Below, piece by piece: positions 1 through 9,000 of a stretch of 38,756 nt of DNA. Source of the stretch: Nemertoderma westbladi (Eukaryota; Animalia; Xenacoelomorpha); assembly GCA_032718475.1 (NCBI GenBank), contig JAUCBJ010002475.1, forward strand, positions 1 to 38,756, given 5' to 3'. Made by a program: the position numbers and the translations under genes. The notes under the pieces are model-generated. The model saw only the letters and a program-made list of their open reading frames with translations. It had not been told where the DNA came from and did no database searches. Within the stretch, counting starts at the first letter, position 1. Each line of letters opens with the position of its first letter.

Positions 1-115
1 ACTCGGCTGCGGAGAAACTGAGTAGCGCTGGATTTGCCGTTTTCAAGACGTTTGTATACAGAACTCACATTCATCTGTTATACAAAGACCCCGAATACCT
101 ACAGGTTATTCTGTC

Positions 116-1258
116 GTGGAAATACAGACAGTGGATCCACTTACTGAGACAGACGCACCCACTTCGTCTATACAACTGGAGGATGAACCAGTGTGCTTGG
201 AATCAGAAGCGATTCAGCCTACAACTTCCCGGAGCAGTGACAATGATTATGTCATAGAGTGGTATCAAGGTCCACAGCGTCTCACAGCGTACGATTATCG
301 ACACGCCAACTACGTTTCTCGAAAACGTTGTCGATTATGCGCATCGAGAGACCACTTCACTCCTCTAGACTCGAGCGTACCTTGTTCCTATTTCCTCAAA
401 CAACCGATGATGGAAATATATTGTGCTTATTGCCGGCTTAATAACTCTCATATATTTGCCGTCTGCCCACAATTTATGACTCAATGTCACTACTGTCAAT
501 TTAAAGGACATGAAAGTTACAATTGTCCCTTTAATCGCGATTTAGAGAGCGTAGACGAGATGATCACCCTGCGATACATCCGAGCTTGGGAAGCGAACGC
601 CGATTTACATTGCGAATCCCGACATCGCTATTACCCTGGAAGAGCTTACGAGGGAGTTTACGCGTTCCATCCTTATCTATTCGCGTCGATTGAACAGAAA
701 ACACGCGTACCAAGTTACGAGTTAATGAAGCGTGTTAGTGAGTGTATTTCCACCAAGTTTGTCAGGAAATACCTTAGAAACGTTAACCCTAATGATATAA
801 CCACATATCACCTGATCAATTGTATCCGTCAGGACCCGGAGTATGGCGACATCTTTGTGAACTCGCATCCTGAACTACAGGAAATATCTCGGCGACCATA
901 TGAATATCGAACCCGAGAACGCGAGCTGGAGAGAACCATTAAACCGAGAAAGTTCCTCACTACTCACGGTCCACCCACCGCTAGTGTCCAGACGACCCGT
1001 CAAGGACCCGTAGGAGCTGCTGTCCTGAGATGCGCTCTAAAGGCCGTTAGACCTCACTCCACTGAGGTTGATATTAATCAACCTGGTACTTCGACCGGCG
1101 GGTATACCGATCGTAACCCTGCACCTTCTGATGCAATTATATTGCACCCTTCGCCTAGGAGCTACAGCCCTCCTCGTAAAGTGGCTCGCCCCAAAGAGAA
1201 AATGACTCTTGCTAGCTTTAAAAAACTGCGTAAACGCCGTCCGCGCAAGAAAGACTAA
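116..1258 (+). CDS. Accessory (env-position) ORF of LTR element A: three CCHC-type zinc knuckles and a basic C-terminal tail. True start uncertain (frame open from 26, GTG at 116).
   Basis: Motifs CRLCASRDH-x9-C, CAYCRLNNSHIFAVC and CHYCQFKGHESYNC; C-terminus KKLRKRRPRKKD; stop lies ~70 nt upstream of the PPT and 3' LTR, in sense orientation. Confidence 0.7.
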   Translation: MEIQTVDPLTETDAPTSSIQLEDEPVCLESEAIQPTTSRSSDNDYVIEWYQGPQRLTAYDYRHANYVSRKRCRLCASRDHFTPLDSSVPCSYFLKQPMMEIYCAYCRLNNSHIFAVCPQFMTQCHYCQFKGHESYNCPFNRDLESVDEMITLRYIRAWEANADLHCESRHRYYPGRAYEGVYAFHPYLFASIEQKTRVPSYELMKRVSECISTKFVRKYLRNVNPNDITTYHLINCIRQDPEYGDIFVNSHPELQEISRRPYEYRTRERELERTIKPRKFLTTHGPPTASVQTTRQGPVGAAVLRCALKAVRPHSTEVDINQPGTSTGGYTDRNPAPSDAIILHPSPRSYSPPRKVARPKEKMTLASFKKLRKRRPRKKD

Positions 1259-1328
1259 CTGTTTAGAGTATTTTTATATTTTAGAAACTGTGATTTTGTA
1301 TATTTTATAGACTTAAATCCCATTTTCT

Positions 1329-1336
1329 GGGAGCGG
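1329..1336 (+). promoter_or_regulatory. Polypurine tract of element A
   Basis: GGGAGCGG immediately before the LTR start TGTAAAAGC; the same arrangement occurs on the - strand at 3055-3062. Confidence 0.7.
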
Positions 1337-2607
1337 TGTAAAAGCTTTTGTGGGATAACTGATTCGTTTGCCTTGTTGGCCAGTTCCCCCCCGGTCGCTA
1401 GAATACTCTAAAGGGGATCTATAGCTAAAATAGTGCAAGCTACCAGCTTATTGGCTGATTTGCTGTACGCAGGTATCTGGGCTCTGTTTAATCGGCCAAC
1501 CAGCCTAGGAAGGTTGCGTCATAGCCTTGTTTTTGTATCTCCCAATAGAATTTGAGTTAGCCTTGATTTTGACCTATCACAGAGCTACTGAACTGAAATT
1601 TTCCTATCTCACTGCTCTTTCTCTGTGTTGAACGGGAGCTTCGTGGAATAAGGGTAGTTGGTATCCTCGTATAGAGTAGTAGTCACGAGTTTTTCAAAGC
1701 CACGAAAGAACGGCTTTGTAGTGTTTTGTGCTTTCTGCTTTTTAGCTCAACACTAGTAGGTTTAATTATAAGGACATATATCCTTTAACTGCAATTTCGT
1801 AATAACTGCAATTTCGTAATAACTGCAATTTCGTAATAACTGCAATTTCGTAATAACTGCTGACACACGGCACACACGGCTTTTAATAACTGCCGTATAA
1901 CTGCTGAAACTGCTAAAATTACCTGCTCAATCGATACTGTATACTGCTATTTGTTGTCGGTTATTCATTATATTTGTTGATGAATTATTATATTGGAATA
2001 ACGAGAAATAACCCCGAAAACCCAATATTCTTGATATACCGAAGGTAAGAGAGAAAGGTTACCAATAACGATTGTGACTTATGTTAAAGTGGTTTGAAGT
2101 GAATCTAATGTTATTTGATAGACCCTACATGAGTCAGTCTGTGTTCCTTTTATATGTGACTAAAATCAGTGAAGATTGGCAGATTAGTGTGCAGTATTGT
2201 GCAGCATTGTGTATGAGTGAGTCTGTTAAAGAAGCAATTCCTAAAGAATGCGCCATATATGTGAATTATAATTAAGCCATATCGTTGTGAGTAGTTTAAG
2301 TCATAACTCTGTTTATATAAATAAAGCGCCACGTCCTAAAGGAACTGTTAATATTCCCTAAGGTGAATAATATTGTCAGAGATTATATAATACTGTCAGT
2401 CGAATAATACATTAGGCTTACATAGCAATAAAATTAAACCGTCGAACCCAATCTCCCGGGAATATCCAGCGGGTGAATGATCGCGCACAGATTGGTTTCG
2501 ACTAGTGTAGTGAATCAAATACTTGTCATAGGCTAAAAAGCGATTTAATATCTAGAAGACATCTTAATTTGGCGGATTAAACTGCCAAAGGTCTGAAAGC
2601 GCGAACA
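1337..2607 (+). mobile_element. 3' LTR of BEL/Pao element A (~1271 bp)
   Basis: Starts TGTAAAAGCTTTTG and ends GAAAGCGCGAACA; collinear with the reverse complements of 13427-14634 and 22067-23247; homology stops exactly at ACA 2607. Confidence 0.85.
1786..1860 (+). repeat. 17-bp tandem repeat (TAACTGCAATTTCGTAA, about 4.4 copies) inside LTR A
   Basis: Perfect copies read directly from the sequence. Confidence 0.95.
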
Positions 2608-3054
2608 GATATATGTCCTTATAATTAAGCCTACTAGTGTAGGACTAAAACTGAAAACACGGAGGTGCCAAAAGCCGGTTCTTAGGCTCTGGGCAAAAAC
2701 ATAACACTGAACTACTGAGTTTCTGTATACACCTCCAACACAGAGACAACAAACGCTCTGATTGGTCAACCTAAACAACGAGAGAACAAAGAAACAAAGA
2801 AACGTCGACGTGGCAATATCAGCTGCTAGCCGTCGTCATGGTAGCGACACTGTTTTCAAAAGTATCCAGCTATTGCGTCACGAGATTGTGGATTATGTCC
2901 TCTAAAGTACAAATACAGTACAAATACATAAGAAATGACTTTTATGTCCTCTAAAACACCAGTACAGCAAGGACACGGCCTTTTTATGCCTGGCAAACCA
3001 ACTACAGAGTACTTTAAGGGAAAATAACCGGCTAATTACGCAAAAGCTTTTACA
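2608..3054 (-). mobile_element. Interrupted 3' LTR (U3 part) of element B
   Basis: Nearly identical to 14184-14634 apart from one small indel near 2705; begins TGTAAAAGCTTTTG on - at 3054, preceded by PPT GGGAGCGG (3062-3055). Confidence 0.9.
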
Positions 3055-3132
3055 CCGCTCCCAGAAAATGGGATTTAAGTCTATAAAATATAACAAATCA
3101 CAGTTTCTAAAATATAAAGATACTCTAAACAG

Positions 3133-4418
3133 TTAGTCTTTCTTACGCAGACGGCGTTTACGCAGTTTTTTGAGGCTAGCAAGAGTCTTTTTCTCTTTGG
3201 GGGGAGCCACTTTACTAGGAGGGCCATAACTCCTGGGTGAAGGGTGCAATATGATTGCATCAGAAGGTGTAGGATTGTGGTCGAGGTATCTGCCGTTTCG
3301 ATATGCTTCTCCTCGAGCTGATTTTCCTCCGCTCGTAGCTGGATATGTTCATCCAAAAACTCTCGCAGAGAATAGGATCGTCCAAGTTCGATAACTTCTT
3401 AGAGATTCTGGATTTCCCAATCGAATTGAGATAAGGCCAATTCGTTTATCGATTGGACTTACTGTTATAACTTACGTTTATCTGAACAAACGCAGGTTTC
3501 CTTTTTGATCTTTATAGAATAGCGTTTAACTCGTTTCGTACAACGCTCTCCTTCACCTTGATGAGGGGTTGTATTGCGTTAAACGGGGACGACCATACGG
3601 TTGGATAGTGATATTAGGTGTCCGCGTCACAATCCGGCTAGGTAAGATGGGCGGCTAGCTAGAAATCACTGTCGGAGTGTTACCGATTAATTGTTAGGGT
3701 AGCACTAGATCTTTGAACAGTGAATACAGTCCGCGAGGATCCGCGACACCACCAGGATCGCAGGTCTGAGGTCCAACTAAGGAATGAGGAGGTTTGACCG
3801 AGTATTCCGGGACTCTGATCGTAGGTTTACTCCAGGATCGTTCGAGCCGAGTGAGCATAGGTGATACGTCAACAAGTTTCGGTTTCCGTGGATGTTTATG
3901 TCTTTCCGTTTATTAGTTGGGTCTAGGGCATTTATCGTAATAATACCAAAGACGCACGTCTGGTAAGGTAAACGCGGGTGATATTTATTTGTTGTTACAA
4001 TGCTTCTATCAAGAATTCCAAATATACGTTGGAGTTACCGCGTCCATTTGTTTCTTTAGTGTCTTTTCTTTCGAGTCGATTTCGAATAGAATTTTCGCAT
4101 TCGAATTTCTGTTTATGGTTCCGACTCCGCTGGGCAGGATATATAGTCGACATAGTCCGTATTGTGTAAATCGATAGGATGACCAGTAGTTAAGAAGCCC
4201 ATATACGTACCATTACGCTGCGTATATCGAGCAGCGAATTTTCTATAGTCCAACTCACGCGTGAGCTGCTCTTGGGACATTGGCGGTTCGATATAACGAC
4301 CATCGTCCTCCGCAGCAGTTGGACTAACGTCGCCGCGTATTAAGCTATCAACAAACGCTTGTAAAAGTAGAGTATATCGCTCCCCGATACCAAGACCATC
4401 TTCTATCAACTCCGTCAT
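3133..4418 (-). pseudogene. Degraded accessory ORF region of element B
   Basis: ORF MTELIEDGLG... (4418-4113) is followed by in-frame stops. The last ~50 codons (NPTPSDAIILHPSPRSYGPPSKVAPPKEKKTLASLKKLRKRRLRKKD*, stop 3135-3133) are homologous to the C-terminus of ORF 116-1258. Confidence 0.5.
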
Positions 4419-5239
4419 ATCTGCTATATATGAGTTTATCCATATTATAATGAGTTTATATTTAGGCGAGCGGGCGTCGCTGCCTACCCCAATCAACCCC
4501 CGGACAGTACGAGATCCTCAGCGCCGATGTGTCGTCGCCGCTGTACTTTCGCCAACGACGTAGCCGCACAACGACAACGACAACCGGCACAAGTCACTCG
4601 ACTGTCCGTCCCAAAGGCTTAGATGTACTTCAGGTTTTCCTTGGAGAGTTAGGTTACTTTTACGATTGCGACTAGCTACTGTAAACACACTTTAGCAGTA
4701 ACATTCACCTATAAACTCACAAATACCACACAACTGGTCACAACTACGCACATTCGGGCCATTTGTCCGTTAGTCAATGCCTTCCAGAATGTCACTGTAT
4801 TATTATGTATCCTTGGATACTAGTAGTGCGCTATTTATTCCCTATGCTATTCAATGGGACAAGCTTTCTATTGTTCTTTTAACTCAATTCTAATTCTAGC
4901 GTGGTTGTTGCTATGGTGACATTATGCAAAGCTAGCGGTAGAATTAGGGTAATTCCAATGCATACAGATCTGGGATGTTATTTAATAGTATTCTTTAATA
5001 GTCAATGTTCTGTTTTATACATGACTTTATGAATTTTATCGGCTATTGACTATGTTTGGGAGACTTTCGCACACTCATACGCATAATAAGATAAATCTCC
5101 GCTCCCTTGATCTATTAATTAATGGAATTTTGGGAATGTTATAAATTGCGTAAAAATGGCAATTTATTAAATTCATTAAGAGACATGAATTTAAATTTAT
5201 TCCCTGAAATTTTATTATTTGATAATTAAATTGACATAT

Positions 5240-5560
5240 TTTGATTCTAGAACATGTCTGGGGACACAAGATCCTTAATTCTATGACAATTGTCTTTTTA
5301 AGGATATCGGTAAATGCTACGATATCTTAATTGACTAGAATTGTTGAAGGATCTGAATTTTACAGATTTTGACTTATTAGATTTGCAAATATTAAATAAT
5401 TAATATTTGAGATGGGCACCGATTTATTCCAGAACTTGTCTGGGGACGTTAACCACTGATTCTAGAATTTGTCTTTCAAGTATATCGGTGGGTGCCGCGA
5501 TATCTTAATCGACTAGAATTACAGATGGTCAAAGGGTTTAACAGATTTATTTTGCGTTAT
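5240..5560. repeat. Diverged ~180-bp tandem duplication in the 3' non-coding region of element B
   Basis: AGAACATGTCTGGGGAC...GATATCTTAATTGACTAGAATT recurs as AGAACTTGTCTGGGGAC...GATATCTTAATCGACTAGAATT. Confidence 0.7.
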
Positions 5561-6066
5561 ACGCTACTGTTAAAGGGACATCACGCTACTATATGTATTA
5601 TTTAATATACGGTATGAGAGCAATATCGCACGAAGCAATGTCAGTGTGAAGAGGCAAGTCGTTTCCAAGGTCTACCCAGAGCTTGGTTTAGCCGAGACAC
5701 GAGGATCTGAACTTTGCATTCCTAATACTCTGCCTACCAATAATACTTGAATATAGTAGTGGCTTTATTGTACTTTAATAAGTACGGACATTTCATCTTA
5801 CTGTAGTTACGTATTTGTAATGTAATACGGACAGTAAGGAAGAAGGAAAAGAATTATTTCTTGCCGTCGCACTAAATATAATATATACGTAATTACGTAC
5901 GCAATAAACACGAATATATTGCACTATTCTACTAAATAATCGCTAAATAAGATTCTACTAAATTAAATAAAACGATTATAATAAAATTACGTAGTAATAC
6001 ATACATAAATATAAAAATAATAAAATAATATAAAATAATAGAGTCACACACCCACTCCATATGTTT

Positions 6067-9000
6067 TTACGTTATGGAGTCCCTAGATGTTTGAAGGATT
6101 AGGGAGGTGGTCGTGGGAAGAGAATCTTGCCTTCCACAGTTTCCGGAGAGTCCTCCATTCCCTTCCGGTAAACACAAACGACCAGCTGGGCGATTGAGTC
6201 GCTGCATCCCGAATACAATTCCAGGTTTCCTCTTCGTCCTGGAATAGTGACGATAGAAACATCGCTCTAAGTACACGACGGCCTTACAAAGCCGATTCCA
6301 GGAGCTATAGTGGTCCGTCGCTCCCTGCAGGAGAGGTGAGAGTCCCTGCGAGACGTCTGATGTTCCAGAGCTCCAATCGCTCTCTCTGATCTTCATGAAG
6401 GATCCACTTGCGGTGGGGAGGTCCAGATCCACGGCGTCGTCCCTGGCAATATGTAATACCGACAGATCTATCCCGGGTTCAAATAACTCCGCTCCACCCG
6501 TCCGGGTTTTAGGTTTAACTTTCTCCGCTCCCTTGGCTGGTCTAATCTCAGTCAGAGTAAGATGGGGAGGCCATTCATCCTCCTTACTCAGGAAGTCGGG
6601 TTCACCTAACCGGTCTGTAGTATCTGTCAGTTCTTGAGGAGTTGCTCCTCTGGAAGCGATGTCAGTTATATTCATCGTCTTGGGGCAATATCTCCATTGG
6701 TCTACATTGGAGTTAAGATTGTCATTATCTGAGGAGTGTGGTGTTCCCTCAGTTGGGTCGTCTCCCTCACTAGTATCGTCTTCCCATTCACTCACCTGGC
6801 AGACGCGATCTTGAAGCAGTCTTTCTCTGAGCGTTCTACGGGAAGGTCCAGTAAGGTACCAACCTACTCTAGTTCTTACCGCATAGGTCTGAAGTGGTTG
6901 CGGTTGAGTAGGTCGTTTCTCTAATGTCTCCAGCGCCTCATGCGCGTTTTGACCGATTAATATTTGTACTCCAGGATAATCGGTGTCGAATCTAGGGATG
7001 TTAAGTTGTTGGGCATGATCATCTTCGTCCCAATTATAAGGTTCCACTTGGGTGGTAGCGAAGTTCTTTATTGCCACCATTTTTACTGACCTTATACTGT
7101 ATTCTCCTAGTTTATCCTGTGGAGTGGACAACTCACCTATATAATAGTCGGCAGCTACAGTAGAATTCCAAACCTGCATGATCCCTGACAAGTTTAGCTT
7201 GGTTCGGAACTTGGGTTGTCCAGCAAAGATGACTTCGGCTAGTTCTTTATCGATGAATGTTCCTGTGCTACCGGAGTCCAGGAGAGCGTTCACTATATAG
7301 CTCTTCTGAGGTCCGTGGACCCGTAACTGGACTACAGGAAATTCTCGGATTCCTATATTGGAAGTTGGCGCTTTCCAAGATGGTTGTTGATCTGAAGTAG
7401 TTAGGGTGAGGTCGCTGTCTGTGTCTTTCTCATACATGAGTGCTCGATACACTGCGGTGGTGTTTATTAAGTAACAGGATTCGTTTTCGTCGGAGAACTC
7501 GTCCGTATAGAATCCTTCCATCTCAGATTGATCAGTGTCGTTCACATCACTGAATTGGACATGTAGTTCGGACTCACTTACCTGACTCGGGCTGTTTCGT
7601 TCGAATTCCGTGTGCAACAAGATATGATGTTTTGCGCCGCACTTTGCACACCTTGCGTCGGAGTAACAGGTTCGCCGTTGGTGTCCTCGTCTGAGGCAAT
7701 TATAACACAACCGCTTATCCCACATGACTTCACGTCTATCCTTTAGTGATTTCCTCAGGAATTTATCACACGCATTTAAACGGTGGGTCCCGTCGCACAG
7801 CGCACATTTCGGTTTGATGTTACTTACCTTATTTTGAGTCACATTGTGTACACTTGCCTTTTCTTCGGGCTTTCTCACCTGAATTCTTTTAGGAGACGTA
7901 GGAAGGGTTTTTTGTACCGGTTCCCTTCTGTCATTGGGTCGAGACTCGGATTTACTTACCTGATCTTTAGGCATTTTATTGACATAATAAGATCTGTCAG
8001 TGTCTTTCCCGCTGTCCTCTCCTTGAGAAGTTTGGCTTTCACCGTCGTCGGTATAACATACTGGTGTTACCCTTCTCCTAGAAACGGGTTTCTCACTTAC
8101 CTTACTTTCCGCTGTCTTCTCTCTGGACTGCTTTATGAGCTGTAATTTCACCTCGCTATCCAAGAATGACATGAGATCAGCCATGGTAGGGCCTCGTTGT
8201 TGTTGTTCCATCATATATAACACCTTCTTGTCCCAGCGTGTACCTACTCCACCCTTGGGCAAAGTAGATGCTAAGGCTCCTACAACCATAGAATTCTGGT
8301 ATTCATGAGACTTACCTAACCAATCTAGTTGTCTACAGATCTCCTGAATCTCATCGGAAAACTCTATAATCCCGCTGCTAAGAAACTTTCGGGGCGCCAT
8401 TAATTTCGCATATAAATACCTAGCTATGTTAGTCCTATTACCATACCTGATGTTTAGTGTATCCCAAACTTGTCTTAATCCATCTGGATGTCCAATAAAT
8501 TTTAACGCCATTGACTTGGGAGATCCTTCCAAGCACTCAATGAGGTATCTAAGTTTTTCTCCATTAGATAGTACAGAGTTCTGTATGTTATCTTTGTAAT
8601 ATTCATTAAAAGGTAACCATTTCATCTCATCTCCATTGAATTTGACTATCTCTCCCACCTTCACCGCTTGACGGGCTTCGGTTCTAGCCATTTGACGCGT
8701 AAAACTTTCTTGGGCCATCGTGTTATTTAATATCGAGTTATCGGTATATAAATTTCTCGGATTATGATCAAGTCTATAGGGAATGTCATTATCAACAGGT
8801 CTATAATTACCCTTAATAGGGTTCACTATAGGAGTTTCTACTTCGCTAGCAGTATAGATGCGTGTAGGCTCCACACCTTGCGCATGAGATATTTCAGACC
8901 TAACAGGTTGACACATTGTTACAGGGGGTGGTGGTATACCCTTTTGTAAATTTACTAATTTATCGCGTTCTAGCGCGATATTTTGCTGCACTTCTTGCAA

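Noticed and set aside
116-1258. Envelope gene
   Set aside because: No signal peptide, furin/fusion segment or transmembrane helix is visible.
1110-3280. DNA transposon or DIRS-type terminal inverted repeats
   Set aside because: The inverted match is explained by two oppositely oriented 3' ends of related LTR elements.
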